Part shown: positions 25,816 through 40,499 of the stretch, piece by piece
Numbering within the stretch: position 1 is the first letter of the stretch
Layout: each line of letters begins with the position of its first letter
Source: Heterodontus francisci
Lineage: Eukaryota
Direction of reading: 5' to 3'
Assembly: GCF_036365525.1 (NCBI RefSeq)
Contig: NC_090407.1
Coordinates: 23,278,084 to 23,342,083, forward strand
Length of the DNA stretch: 64,000 nt
The notes under the pieces: model-generated
The model's input: the letters and a program-made list of their open reading frames with translations, nothing else
What the model was told of the DNA's origin: nothing
Databases searched by the model: none
Made by a program: the position numbers and the translations under genes

Positions 25816-27364
25816 AGTGCTCTTTAAAAATATATTCTAACAATACTCACATATGGATAATGACCGTTTAGGTGAGCAGCAGTGATAGAATGGTTACATT
25901 TATGGATCTTTTGAAATCTCCTCGCTTTAGATTCTCACCTCTCATATCTTAGCTGATTCTCATGGCCAGTGTTTTGAGTGTGTCCATTGTTGCCTTGAAA
26001 TCTCGATAAGCTCTTGGTGATAAATCCAAGACAACAAAACCGGAAACCCTGATTGCTAATTATTTATAAGCTAATGGAATTTATCCTTTGCATCCATAGG
26101 ATCTTCCCTGAGTTTTCACAAGCAGTAGTGAATCACATCAGAGCTCATGAAGTTTAAAATGTGAAGTCAATTCATTAAACAAGCAACAAATAGATTCCCT
26201 AATGTAAATACATAATTTTTAGACTATCATTTAACTCAAGCCAAAAAAAAGTTGACATCTAATACTAAGCTATCAGAGCAAATTAGTCTTTTGTGAAGAT
26301 TCCAATCAGTTCCGATCTCTTCAGCTAATTCACGTATTGAGCAAATCAAACTGCTAGTATACCTGTTCACTGGTTCCTGTAATTTGTTTTCATGATTAAC
26401 ACTTAATTTCACAAGTAATTAATGGTCATACATTTAACTAAACAAATCAAGACCACATTGAGGTCTGTATTCGTTTTTTAAAAAATTGTGATTTCTCTCC
26501 TCAAGCCCTGCAGTTTGGTAGGTAAACAATTGAACCTGACCATGAATACTGACGGTCTATTGAATTTGGCTGAGACGTGGGTCACTTTAACCTCCTTGTC
26601 TATTGGGACTGGATTTAAAGTGACAGTCGTGAAGCTAAATATACATAAGCAAAATAATGCTGCATTTTAGTCATAGGAGCTGTGTTAGCGCCTTCAAGAA
26701 AGGAGGACAGACAATTGAAAGGGAAGTAAAGCCCTGTTTATCTCCACCAGCTCTGATCTGTTTTGGAAATCAGCATTTTGGAAGTATTCAGACTGTGATT
26801 TGATTTGTGCTGAGAACTCCTAAGCGAGGTGAAAAAGGAGCCAGGCTCCACTGTTAACAGTTAGTTGCACACTGTGTGGAAAATGAAATAGAAGGGGAAT
26901 TAACCTGCACAGGGCAGTTTCAGTACTAAGGTATTAGAAGAATTTCCACCCGCCCCCCCCCCCCCCCCACCTTTACAGAGTAGTATTATGTCCAAAAGCA
27001 TTTGATGCCATGTCAATAAATTGTTTCAAAAATATTAATCAGGGTGTTGCAGAGCGTACCACACAGCTTGTGTGTTACAGACCATTAAACATTACAGAAT
27101 ATAAGCCATATACATCAATACATTTGGGATGAATGATCATTTTAAGGTTTATTTATATAAACTACAGATTGTTTAATGTCCAAATTAGATTTTTTTGGTA
27201 CAGTCTGAATATTTGTAGCGCTGTTGAGTCAGGATTTGCTGCTTTATATCAGGCATATTGTGCCTATTAACAGTGTTATACAGGGCACCTGTGTGGCTGA
27301 GTAAGTGAATTTTTTATTATATTTTTATTTTGGAATTTTTACCAGTGTTTGAGGATCAGCTGTC

Positions 27365-27760
27365 TTCAACTGCTTTATCAATGACCACCTTGTCATCAGC
27401 TGGTCAAAAATGGGGCTGTTTGCTGACGATTACAGTGTTCAGCTCCATTCACGCTTCCTCAGATAACGAAGCAGTCCATGTCCGATAGCCAGGTTTGGAC
27501 TGGTAAGCGGCAAGTAACATTCGCACAATGCAAGCACCAGGCAATGACCATCTGCAACAAGTGAGAGCCTGTTTCTCCTTGACGTTCGATGGCATTACCA
27601 TTGCCGAGTCTCCCACTACCAACATCCTGCAGGTGGGGGGAGTCATCGTTGACCAGTAACTCAACTGAACCAGCCGCTTAAATGCCGTGGTTCCTAGAGC
27701 ATACCAGAGACTGGGTATTCTGTGACAAATGGCTCACCACCTGACTCCCCAAATGCTCTT
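27365..27760 (+). mobile_element. Degraded fragment of the same LINE family
   Basis: tttgctgacgat (FADD) and ttgacgttcgatggcattaccattgccgagtctcccact, colinear with 60950-61340. Confidence 0.7.
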
Positions 27761-28618
27761 CTCCTGGAGTTTTACAGCAGTACGAAGACTTTGCAGCATG
27801 GCAGGTGTCCTGGATTTTGGTATCAGTGAAGGACTGATCTTCGGTGAGGGTAGTAGGAGAACTTGGGGTGTGAAACATGGGGCTTGGTACCGTATCTGGA
27901 ATGCAATGGATTTGTGGAGTGTGAGCTCTTCTCCCAACAGTTAAAATTTCAATGTTTACAAAGCACATGCTCACATCCTGTAAACATTTAAATGAATTCA
28001 AGGAAGGTTTAAAAATTGTTCAGGAGGACCACTTGAACATGTTCACAACTTGCTTTGACCATGGTGAAGAAGTACACCATGCTGGGTCAAACAGCCTTCT
28101 CTAGTGTGTCTTCCACCAACTTCCTCTGAAGCTCGCTTGGGTCCTGATTCTGTGAAATCTGTGCAAAGCAGAAACTGTCGGAGCAACGCGTGAGAGGTAG
28201 CATAAAGACACTCTGAATCAATGGTTTATTAGATATTCTTCATTTCCATTGCAATCGACACATTTAGCATTAACTGTGTGGATGCATTTCCCGTGGGTAA
28301 ATTTTCTTCAACAGGGACATTCCTCATTCTGTGACTTTTGTAACAGGGCACTGCAGGGTGTATTATGTCTTATAGCCACTGATAACATCATGATTTAGTT
28401 GTGATTGTTCCCTTTGCTTATGTTGGGACTTTTTCTGCTTATGTCCAGCTTCTTTTAGTTCGATTGGACTATGTGTTTCTTATATTCATAGTGCGCTAAA
28501 TGAGGCACTTGTGCTAATTCTCGTTTGATGACACAGGGGCAACCTAGTGTCTCTCTTACCCATCTAAATAGGACCACTCTGTACTAACTGATCTTGTCTC
28601 TTGTTTTGCTTCTTTCAG

Positions 28619-28651
28619 ATGTCCTTAAAGGAGAGGGACTAAGAAATGCTG
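28619..28651 (+). CDS. C2H2 zinc-finger gene, predicted 33-nt exon (DVLKGEGLRNA)
   Basis: TACTAAC branch point (28582), long pyrimidine tract, CAG acceptor, G|GTCAGT donor; symmetric phase 1-1. Confidence 0.65.
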
Positions 28652-28777
28652 GTCAGTAATGTAGTGTATAGATTTCTCCAGTGTAGTTGATTTGGAGGTG
28701 TTGAATTTGAATGCATTCACCATTTTAATCGATTGGGAGTTATGATGTGGAACTGATATTAATCTGCTGTGTTGTAG

Positions 28778-29745
28778 GAGTGGCGGGAATCCTGATGGAG
28801 AATGTGCAGCAATCTGGCTCTGATTCTTGTTCTGCAGAGGCTGCCGAAGATGGGAGTGCTGCGCCCGTGTCCCAGCCCCGCAAGAAACCCCGGCACTACG
28901 GCCAAAAGCGTTTCATCTGCAGTGAGTGCGGGAAGAGCTTCAAGCAGTACTGCGACCTGAAGCGGCACGGACGGGTGCACACGGGCGAGCGGCCGTTCCG
29001 GTGCCCGCCCTGCGGCAAGCGGTTCAGCACCTCCTACAACCTGCTGATCCACCAGCTGGTCCACAGCGGCGAGAAGCAGTACAAGTGCCGGGTGTGCGGC
29101 AGGGAGTTTGTCCAGCTGCACCACCTGGTCACCCATCAGCGCACGCACACGGGGGAGAAGCCCTACCCGTGCCCAGTGTGTGGCAAGGCCTTCCGCCAGT
29201 CCTCCACCATGCTGGTGCACCAGCGCATCCATGCCGAGGAGAGGCCCTACCGCTGCCCTGAATGCACCAAGAGCTTCAAGACATCGTCCAACCTGTCCAA
29301 GCACAAGCGCATCCATGGCGGCGAGCGGCGTTTTGCCTGCGAGGTGTGTGGCCGGCGCTTCCTCCACTCCCACCACCTGGCCACACACCGCCGCACGCAC
29401 GTCGGCGAGCAGCCGGCTACCTGCCCACTCTGCGGCCAGTGGTTCGGCAACCCAGACCAGCTACAGGCGCACAGGCGGGTCCACGCTGGCGAGCCGCCGT
29501 TCAGCTGCGAGACATGCGGCAGGGGCTTCAACCAGCGCTCGACGCTGGTGCGGCACCGGCGCACACACACAGGGGAGAGGCCGTACGCCTGCCCGATTTG
29601 TGCCAAGGCCTTCCGGCAGACCTCCACCATGCAGGTGCATTACCGCACACATTTTGACGACCGGCCCTACTGCTGCCTGCAATGCGGCAAGGGCTTCAAG
29701 AGCGCGTCCAATCTAATCGGCCACCACCGTGTCCATCGGAGGTAG
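28778..29745 (+). CDS. C2H2 zinc-finger protein, terminal exon with 10 tandem fingers
   Basis: ORF 28747..29745; ten CxxC-x12-HxxxH units with TGERP/TGEKP-type linkers; NLS-like PRKKPR; gttgtag acceptor ending at 28777. No KRAB, SCAN or BTB domain seen. Confidence 0.93.
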
Positions 29746-32394
29746 AACACTCAACGTCTGCGGCCACAAGACAGAGACTGGAGCCATCCCACCCACCCCA
29801 CACAGCATCTGCATTGGACAAGACTGTCGTCATTAGCTGCAAGCATCAAGTGACTTTAAGCCAGGGGAGATTTTTAAGTTAACAGATAGTAATTCACACA
29901 GTCAGGGCATTCTTGTGAAGCATTGCAGTGACAGAAATGATGCATTTTGATTTAGTGGCTATCTCTTTAAAACTCAAGTCATTGTGCTTTGGGAAATTTA
30001 ACAGCCAGCTAAAGGTCTTGGATCAAGCCTATCTTGATACAGCCGTGTGAAGTTTCCCCACTAACAGGCTTGAGATGAAGTTTTAATGCACAATTTTCAA
30101 ATACATACAAACTTTGTGATCTGATGCAATTGTAATTGAGTGTCTAGTTTTCAAAATCTGTGAAGTCCTGATCACCTTTTCCCAGGATATGCAAAAGGTT
30201 CTTCTCTGCTCAAAATAGAGTTCGCTGATGGAACATTCCATGAGAAAGACTGCGGGGATTCAGAGAAGCAAAGAGAACATGGGTTGATATTCCTGAAAGT
30301 GAAGAGAAACACTGTATTTAAAAATCATTTGCAAAGGATTAATTTAGCTGATAGGGTTACAGTCTTTTGTTATTTTGTCGATTTAGATTAAATGTGTTAT
30401 TGTCGATGTATAACTTCACTATTAGATTATGCTGTTTATTTGTGTAATAATTTCACTTTGTATTTTGAACTTATAAGCATGATCTCTTGTGATGCTGTAT
30501 TGCTTTTGAAAACTGAAGTATGATCATATGGTGCCATAAGATAATCCAGTACCTAAAAACTTACCGATCAGGGTTAGCTGTTCAGCTGCATGTTAGCAAA
30601 GGCTTACTGGGATCTCAGACATGGAAGAACACTCATGGTTGGAACTTGAGTGTGAGTGATCAAAGATATGTGAACCAAATTAATGTATGGAAAAAACCTA
30701 AAACATAAATCCTAAAAACATAATTACTGTGTTTTTTTTTTTGCAAACTTGCTGTTTTGTGGACCGAACCCTCTGATGCTGAGCCAATTCTAGTGTTGCC
30801 CAAACTGGAGTCAAGTTTTCTCAACACAAATCAGGGATTGATTCTGCGGCTTTTCTTGGCTGGGATTTATCAAGTCTTGCAGGACCCATTTAGGGGAAGT
30901 GCTGTCCATTCTGAATCCCTATGAAGACTATTTTACTACAGCAGAGTAAGTGTTGACATGATGTAACATGGAGACTGCTCCTCCTCGCACCAGATGTTTC
31001 TCGTGTTTTATGTTGAAGGAGGTTGAGCACCTAGCCCAGTGTTGGAGAGCATGTGGTATGTGAAGGAGCATGAAAGGGGCCAGAATGAGACAGGCAGCAT
31101 GTTGCTGCTCCAGAACACTGCAGCAAAACATCTTGCAACATGGATTTCAAGCCTGTGGAGACACACTTCTTTCCTGCCTGTCTAAAAACAAATGATCTGT
31201 CATATGGTTGTGGTTGTTTTGTGCTTATCAAGATTGATCATATATAGCACCAAGCACTTGCAGGTCAGGTATAGCACAGTTAAAATGCAGAGTAAAGCTC
31301 CCTATACCAAAGCTCCATACAGTATACTTCAACTCCAGGCCTAGAGGAGCATTTTTCCTGTTTCCCATACCATCCATCCTTTCCCATGCCAACTATCCTT
31401 AGATTTGAGTGGCATTGCCAATTAGTTCCAAGTTAAGTTAGTTTTGTACTGTAGGTCGATGTCCATTAGAAGCTGGCTTGATGACTGCTCGAACTCAATT
31501 TGGCCAGCAGAGCGGAGACTTTCATTCCATTGGTATGGTCTGGATTTGAGTCCACATCCCAGAGTTGAAAGGGTCACTTTCCAACTCAGTCCATCACCCA
31601 GTCACTCCTGCATATTGCTGTCTTACTGGGGAAGTTCCATAAAAAAGTTTATTACTGAGGCCTGTGTATAATCAACCTGTGGGTATAAAATGAAAATTCC
31701 ATCACTATTTAAAGGCAAAATCACTCTTCCATCTCAATAAGTGAATGAAGATCTTTAGATAAAGTGACTGGAAATTTCCTTTACTCTTTACAAAGACACG
31801 CCTACTCTCATTTGGCTGTGACTACGCTGAACGCAATTTCTGTGTAGTGGAATTAGAATTTCCCATGAAAAGCCACAGAACTGATTGACTTTCTATAATG
31901 CAGCTATTTTCTGTATGTGTTGAATATTCCTGTTGAACATTTGCATTAACTTTCCATTTTTTTGGATGTGGGTAGAATAGTATCAACTGGTGCTAAATTA
32001 CTGTAAAACTTCTGTACTGAGTAACATTTGGAAACCATAAACGCCTCTGTGTAAATTTTCAGTATTATAGATAATATTTCCCATAATTTAAGTGGGCAAT
32101 AGATTATGTACCAAATGTTCATCATGATTATCTATTTAAGCCAATATTTAATTACTAGTGTATGTCACAATATTGCTCACAGTAAGTCAGAGAATACCCT
32201 GTTTTGTCATAGCAGCATTTCACCATGTTTAAGGTTACAACGCAGTGCTGCTTCCTTGGTATTGCTTAGGGATTTGTATAGATTGGGCTGCTGGATGGGG
32301 TGGGGGTCGGGGGTGGATGGTGTGCAAGGTCAGTGCTCAGTTGGGTAAAGTGGGTGCTTTAACAAAGCTTGCTCCTATTTTACATAGAAAGGTA

Positions 32395-33331
32395 CCCTTG
32401 CTTTTCCTGATCTATATTAATGACCTAGACCTTGGTGTACAGGGCACAATTTCAAAGTTTGCAGATGATATGAAACTTGGAAGCATTGTAAACTGTGAAG
32501 AGGATAGTATAGAACTTCAAAAGGACATAGACAAGTTGGTGGAATGGGTGGCAGATGAAGTTCAGTGCAGAGAAATGTGAAGTGATTCATTTTGGTAGGA
32601 AGAACATGGAGAAACAATGTAGAATAAAGGGAGTGCAGGAGCAGAGGGACCTGGGTGTATATGTGCATAAGTCATTGAAGGTGTCGGGACAGGTTGAGAG
32701 AGCGGTTAATAAAGCATGCAGTATCCCGGGCTTTATTAAAAGGGGCATAAAGTACAAGAGCAAGGAAGTTATATTGAACTTGTATAAAACACGAGTTCAG
32801 CCTCAGCTGGAGTATTGCATCTAGTTCTGGGTGCTGCATTTGAGGAAAGGCGTGAGGGCAGTGGAGAGAGTACAGAAACGATTCACGAGAATGGTTCCAG
32901 GGATGAGGAATTTCAGTTATGAAGATAGATTGGAGAAGTTAGGACTGTTTTCCTTGGAGAAGAGAGGGCTGAGAGGTGATTTGATAGAGGTATTCAAAAT
33001 CGTGAGGGGTCTGAACAGAGTAGATAGAGAGAAACTGTTCCCACTCGTGAAAGGATCGAGAATGAGATGGCACAGATTTAAAGTATTTGTTAAGAGAAGC
33101 AAAAGTGACATGAGGAAAAACTTTTTCATATAGCGAATGGTTAAGGTCTGGAATGCGCTGCCTGAGAATGTGGCAGGAGAAGAAAATTAGACAGTTAAGT
33201 GAAAAGGAAGAATGTGCAGGGTTGTGGGGAGAAGGCCAGGGAATGGAATTGAGGGAGTTGCACTTTCAGAGAGCCGGTGCAGACATGATGGGCCGAAGGG
33301 CCGCCTTCTGCGCTGTAACAATTCTGTGATT
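32395..33331 (+). mobile_element. CR1 LINE 3' portion
   Basis: LFLIYINDLD...KFADDMKL, ERVQKRFTRMVPG, RGDLIEVFKI; tail ...acaattctgtgat. Confidence 0.9.
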
Positions 33332-34855
33332 TAATGAGCCTCGCACCATATGTGGCATTCTGCACATTGAGTGCTGACTACCTGCTAATGCACTGTGTTT
33401 GCTTCTGATGTGCTTCACTGCTCCGGGTGCCATTCAGTGCTCATCAGCCCCAGAGAGACAGGCAAGTTGCAAAAGTCAGAAGGAGGCGAGGGATCATTTG
33501 CCCGAGGGTGACAACTTGCAGTTGGCCCTATGCTGTCTTTATTCTATGAAGAAACATTTTCCCTGCTTTTGCAGTCGTTCTGATTTCTGCAGTCTGATTA
33601 ATCATCTTAAACCAGAAGTGCACACAATTTATTTGGGGATTGTAATTGAAATCGAAGCGTTCTTTTTTTCTCGTAAAATAACCCAGGGTGGCACAGACAC
33701 TTCATTTTCTAATGTAAACTAGCATATATCTTACATACATTTTTCTCATTCTTACGCACATACCCCTTGAGGTTTTTGAATTACTGAGAAATACGAGCCG
33801 AGATCACTTATTACAAGAAGGCTAATATTTATCATGATTACAATCAGATTATCATTCAGGGTGCCAGTTTTAATATCGACTGAAATATTACTTGCAAAAT
33901 ACCAGCTACTGAAATTGATCATCAAAGCCAGCATAGACCACAATAGCTCTATGTTCTCGTAAGATGTATTCGGAAGGTTATTTACCCCTTCTTACCTCGA
34001 CCATTGGGAAAGACCCGATAATTGAACTGGTTCCTAAACAATTCGAGGGGTTTGCCTCCATTTGGAAGTTCATCCATGTCCTCGTGGCTCTTGGTGTGAA
34101 ATAGTTGTATTTGACATCATTCCAAAGTTATTTCTTTCTACTTTGAATCTGGTCCCTTGTCCTGCCCCTGTATTCAGTGATCCGTCAGAAGCAGTACAAT
34201 GTTGATTTATGGAAGAGCCCTCCACTTATTAGTGAAACTAAGCAGAATTCTGAGTGGAAATATGCGCTTTGATAACATTTCAATCAGTTCTTCCCTATCC
34301 ACCTCATGTTTAATTGGGCCAGAAAATATCTCAATGCAGACATGCACTCTGCCAGTTCTCAATGACTACTGCAGATTTGACCCGAACTGTCATCTCCCCA
34401 TTACAGGACAGTGCTTACTGCTCTCACGCCCCCAAAAACAAATACAGCTGAGTAATTGGAGAGATAGGATATCACCGTTTTACTTAACTTTAAATGAACA
34501 GTAGGGGGGAAAAAAACAACTATTTGGACCAAGAGAACTTATTAAAGAGACTAGTGCTAAGGCTCCTTCAACAATACCTTCCAAACCCCAACTACCTAGA
34601 AGGACGAGGGCAACAGATGCATGGGAACACCACCACCTGCAAATTCCCCTCCAAGCCACACACCATCCTGACTTGGAAATATATCTGCCATTCCTTCACT
34701 GTTACTGGATCAAAATCCTGGAACTCCTCCCTAACAACACAGTGGGTGTACCTACCCAACACAGACTGCAGCAGTTGAAAAAAGGTGTTCTTATACTCAG
34801 GTTTTTGCCTGGCTAAGTGAAATAGGTTGACCTCTCCCAACCTCAGGTACCTTAT

Positions 34856-37590
34856 TAGGAATATAGGAGTAAGAGTAGGCCATTCAGCCCATCGAGCTTG
34901 CTCTGCCATTCAATTAGATCATGGCTGATCATCTACCTCAACACCACTTTTCCGCGCTATCCCCATATCCCTTGATGTCATTAGTCTCCAGATATCGATT
35001 TCTGTCTTGAACATGCTCAATGATTGAGCTTCCACAGCCCTCTGGGGTAGAGAATTCCAAAGATTCAACACCCTCTGAGTGAAGAAATTCTTCCTCATTT
35101 CAGTCTTAAATGGCCTACCCTTTATTGAGATTATGTCACCTGGTTCCAGACTCACCAGCCAGGGGAAACATCCTGTCTACATCCACCCTGTCACGCCTAG
35201 TAAGAAGTTTGTAAGTTTCAATGAGATCATCTCTCATTCTTTAAAACTAGAGAATACAGGCCCAGTTTCTGCAATCTCTCATCAGAAGATAATCCCGCCA
35301 TCCCAGGGATTAGTCTGGTGAACCTCCGTTGCACTCCCTCTATGACAAGTATATCCTTCATTAGATAAGGAGACCAAAACTGTCACAATACTCCTGATGC
35401 AATCTCACCAAGGCTCTATACAATTGCTGCAAGACGTCTTTACTCCTGTACTCAAAACCCCTTGCGATGAAGGCCGACAAACCATTTGCCTTCCTTATTG
35501 ACTGTTACACCTGCATGCTAGCTTTTAGTGACTCCTGAACACGGTCACTTTGGACATTTCCCAACCTCTCACCATTTAAGAAATATCCTGTCTTTGTTTT
35601 TTCTACCAAAGTGGATCACTTCACATTTATTCACATTATAGTCCAAGCCATGTTCTTGGCCATTTACCTCATCTGTCCACGACTGCTTGTAGCCTCCTTG
35701 CATCTTCCTTACAACTTACATTCCCATCTAGTTTTGCAGCATCAGCAAATTTGGAAATATTACATTTGGTCCCCACATCCAAATCATTTATATAGAATGT
35801 GAACAGCTGTGGCCCTAGCACTGATCCTTGCGGCACCCCACTAACAATAGCCTGCCACCAAGAATGACCCACTTATTTCTACACTCTGTTTTCTGTTAAC
35901 CAATTCTCAATCCATACCAGTGTATTACCACCAATCCCGCGTACTCTAATTTTGTTTACTAACCTGTGTGGGACCTTATCAAAAGCCTTCTGAAAATCTA
36001 AATACACCACATCCACTGTTTCTCATTTATCTATGCTGCAAGTAACATCCTCAAAACTCCAAGAGGTTTGTCAAACATGATTTCCCTTTCATAAATCCAT
36101 GTTGACTGTGCCCAACTTTACCATTGTCTAGTTATCACATCCTTTATTATAGATTCTAACATTTTCCCTACTACTGACATCAAACTAACAGGTCTGTAGT
36201 TCTCCATTCTCCCTCTCCCTCCCTTCTTAAATAGTGGGGTTACATTTGCTACTTTCCAGTCTGCAGGAACCTTTCCAGACTCTAAAGAATTTTGAAAGAT
36301 AACCACCAATGCATCCACTGTCTCTACAGCCACCTCCTTCAACACTCTGGGATGTAGCAGATTTATCAACCTTCAATCCAGTTAACTTTTCAAGAACTAC
36401 CTCTTTACTAATTTCTTTCAGTTCCTCATTTTCATAATTCCCTTGTTTGCCTCGTATTTCTGGGAAATTTTCTGTATCTTCTTCCATGAAGACAGACACA
36501 AAGTAATTGTTTAGTTTCTCTGTCATTTCCCTGTTCTCCACTCTAATTCTCTGTCTCTACCTGTAATGGGCTCACATTTGTCCTTGCTAATCTTTTCCTT
36601 TTCACATACCTAAAGAAGCTTTTACAGTCCGCCTTTATGTTTCTCACTAGCTTGCATTCATATTCCCTTTTCCCTTTCTTTTTCAGTTTCTTGGTCATCC
36701 TTTGCTGGATTCTAAATTGCTCCCAATCCTTCGGTTTACCACTTTTTTTGGCATCCTTATAAGTCACTTCCTTTGATCTAATGCAATCTTTAACTTTTTT
36801 GTTAGCCATGGTTGATTCACCTTTCTTATTGGGTGTTTCTGCCTTAGAGGAATATATATCTGTTGTAGACCATGTAATAGCTCTTTAAATACTAGCTATT
36901 GTCTGCTTCACAGTCAAATCTTCAAAGTATTTCCCAATCCACCATACCCAACTTGCCCTCCTTCCTCATGGTTTCTTTTGTTCAGATTTAAGACCCTAGC
37001 TTCAGAATGAACTATGTCACATTCAAACTCAATGTGAAGTTCCATCATGCAGTCACAATTTTCCAAGATTATTAATTAGCTCTTTCTCATTAGATAATAC
37101 TAAATCTAAAATAGCCCAATCCTTGCTTAGTTCTTCAACATACTGCCCCAGAAACCCATCTCATACACACTCCAGGAATTCATTCTCCACTGCATTACTG
37201 CCGATTAGGTTTACCCAGTCTATGTGTAAATTGAAGCTGCCCATTATTACTGTATTACCCACATTACATGCATCTCTAATTTCTTGATTTACACTATGCC
37301 CAACATTACCATTACTGTTTGGTGGCCTCTCAACCACTTCCACCAACGTTTGCTGCCCCTTGCAGTTTCTTAGCTACACCCAAATGGATTCTACATCTTG
37401 ATCCTTCGATCTAAGATCCTTTCTCACTAATGTACTGATCTCGTCCCTTATTAACAGCACTACCCCACCTACCCCATACCCATCTCTTGTTCCTTTTTGC
37501 CTAACCTTCCTAAATGATGAATATGCTTGGATATTCATTTCCCAATATTGATCACCCTGTAGCCAAGTCTCTGTAATGGCAACTAAATTA
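34856..37590 (-). mobile_element. CR1 LINE, decayed ORF2 from endonuclease to tail
   Basis: ORF pieces RPPNS...GSFN, NYRPVSLMS, GVPQGSVLGP, KFAD; tail at ~34860. Confidence 0.9.
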
Positions 37591-40499
37591 TGGCTAACAC
37601 AACAAAATATTTATATATTTAAGGGGCTTAATGTCGACACCTAAAAAAAAAAAAATTAACAGTGGGCCCAACACCTGCATAGTTTGGACACAGGCCTCCC
37701 CACTGTCACATACAAACTAGGAGCAGGAGTAGGCCATTCGGCCCCTCAAGCCTGCTCTGCCACTCTCTAAGATCATGGCTGATCTGTTTGTAGACTCAGC
37801 TCCACTTTCCTGCCAACCCCCAATACCCTTTGACTCCCTTGTTTGTCAAGAATCTGTCCACCTCTGCCTTTAAAACATTAAATTGGTATACGTCATGCCA
37901 ATGTATGTCAATTTCTACTTCAAATAGTGCAACGTGCAAGATGAATTCTTTAATGCCCCTCTTTCTGTTGAATCTAGTTTCAGTTAGCTAGGCTGTGGTG
38001 ACTTGGCTAATGTTCAGAATTTCCTGACTATCAGAATTTCAGAAACCGCTGTAGTTCTCAGACTACCAGACACAAAAAGAACACACTTACTCACTGTTAC
38101 CTTTGGTGGTTATTACAATGGTTAAAGTTTGGTTTCTGAGATCAAGTGCATTACGTTTGCAGTATTACTGAGCTTACTGAGCCTTACACTTGAACCTACC
38201 TCGTTTTCCCACGGTGCTACCTAGACATTTCTGGACCTGGCACCCCCTTGCTTCCCCCACATTCAGAACAAGGAGCGCAAAGTAACACTGAATGGAATGA
38301 GAAGTCTAGAACTGCCTTTTTGTAACACTGTACGGTTATTTGTTTAATAATCGACACACTGCAGTTTGAGAGATATTTAACAGATTTTTTTATTTCTTAA
38401 AAAACATTTTTATATTACAGAAATATAGTGCAATTGACAAACAGGATACAGTCTCTACTGGGAAATTATAGACAGCTATTTTTTTTCTCTTAAATATCTC
38501 ATTATCTCAGTGTTAACACAGCTGGCATTCACTGGCTTCTTGGTAAATTAAAAATGCTCTGCTTACCAAAGTAAAATCACAAAGCCTATGAAAAGCCCAG
38601 AATTCCTTTTCTGTAATATCATTGTCATTTAACATTTTATATTACATTACACATCCAAAGCATTCTTAAAACATCACAGTAATAAATTATATACAGTATA
38701 TATCATTGTACATCTTACAAGCATCTTAGAACCACTAATGCTGGCTGAGGTTTTGATTGCACTGTGATTAAATGAGGATGGGGAGGGTGAGCGTTTCACG
38801 AGAGAGGAAGAACAAAGGCAGTTCCAACACCAATCACTGCAGCCTTCACTAACTCTACTTACTCATCCCTTTGTTGTCTTTCAATCCAAACTCAACTTTT
38901 GCTGTCCACTTTTCAGTCAAATCTCAACCCATTTTTAATGTCCTCGACTCCTTACAAGCCCTTTCTTTACTTGTTGCTATTTATTCTTTATCTTTCTATT
39001 TCTGCATGCGGAAATACTGAAGCAAAGTATGAAATAATTCTGCAATTCCCATATCGAGTATAGCCTCACCATGCTGAGTGCCCCATCGTCTCTCCTTTTT
39101 TAGCTGTAATTTTCAGCCTAACCTGATTACTCATTCTAAGAGCTACAAACCTTGATTCAGGCCGTTTTTCCTCCCTGAAATGTTTCTAGACTGTACTGTG
39201 CTTTTCTGACATTTCAGTATTTCCCAATAAATTTTATCCTCCAATTTATCAAGGCTCAGCCCTCTCTTCCCCAATCAATTTGTTTTGATTCTCTGTTTTT
39301 TCCGCCTCTAGTGTAATGTTAAAGCAAAGGAGGTCATAATCACAAATCCCTCATTTTTCTGTCACCTTTATGCTGTTCATTGCCTAGAACCACATTCAGT
39401 GCTGCATCTTTCCTTATAGGACTTGTAACATACTGCCATATAACAGCTGAAGTAAAGCCTACCATGACAGCGCTGTAATACATGTAGCACTTTATAGCCA
39501 ATGAAGTACTTTTAAGTGTAGCTACTGTTGTAATGTAGGAAATGCGGCAGCTAATTTGCACACAGCAAGCTCCCACAAACGGCAATGTGATAATGACCAG
39601 ATAATCTGTTTTTGTGATGTTGATTGAGGGATAAACATTGGCCAGGACACTGGGGAGAACTTCCCAGTTCTTCGAGATAGTGGCCTGGAATCTTTTACAT
39701 CCACCCGAGTGAATGGGGCCTCTGTTTAACATCATTGATGAGAGAGGATGAGACTGTGTCTTCAGGAGGGAGGGAAATGATGAAAAAGATATTTAAAAAA
39801 AAAGTTTTATATTAGTGAGCCTAAGAGCTGAGTCAATAAATTCTCCACGATAAAAAAAAACTAGAGAAAATTATAATTAACCGTGTCTTCCTTACGAGAT
39901 CCTAAACCAAACAAATGTTCACTTGAATGGTAATTATACAAATTGGTAGTTGGACCTACTAAAACATCAGCCTAAAGTATTCTTTCATTATGAAACGGGC
40001 AAATGGAAAACGGTGATTGTCTCCTTACTGGGAGAAGTGGCAAAACTGCAGAAATTAGAAAAAACACAATGTTTGCGATTGGTTTAAGCGTCCGACCACC
40101 AGAACTGAGGAACTTCAGGATTTGTTTGTTTACATTACCTAGTATGTAAACTTCACAGTTTGGTCTATGAAATGGCCTCCATAGAAGAACCTTGTGGATA
40201 GGAATGCTTGACAATTAATGGCTGAAAGCAAGAAACTATAGGCACTTATTCTAAAAGACTATCTCCATTAATGTAATGAACCAAAAATGCCATTGAATGT
40301 TTTATACGGCCATAAGCCAGTACCGCACCCAGGTTTATATAAACAAGGCACAACCAGAAGCAGCTACTTGATATAATCCCATTTAAAAGCACACCACTGC
40401 GTGAGCTGGTAATGGAGTGAGGTAGGAATAAGTGGAAACAGTACTTTCACAACAGGAAATTTGACTAGAGTAGGAATTCAGAGGTGAGCAGGAGTAAGA

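Noticed and set aside
27219-27300. Possible extra ZNF exon (tttgtag ... GA|GTAAGT), open in phase 1
   Set aside because: 82 nt shifts the frame and gives a stop in the next exon; no homology support. At most an unverified poison exon.
28759-29716. Long overlapping and antisense ORFs (213, 202, 131 and 127 aa) over the zinc-finger exon
   Set aside because: Expected shadows of a GC-rich, stop-poor repetitive coding exon; no recognisable domains.
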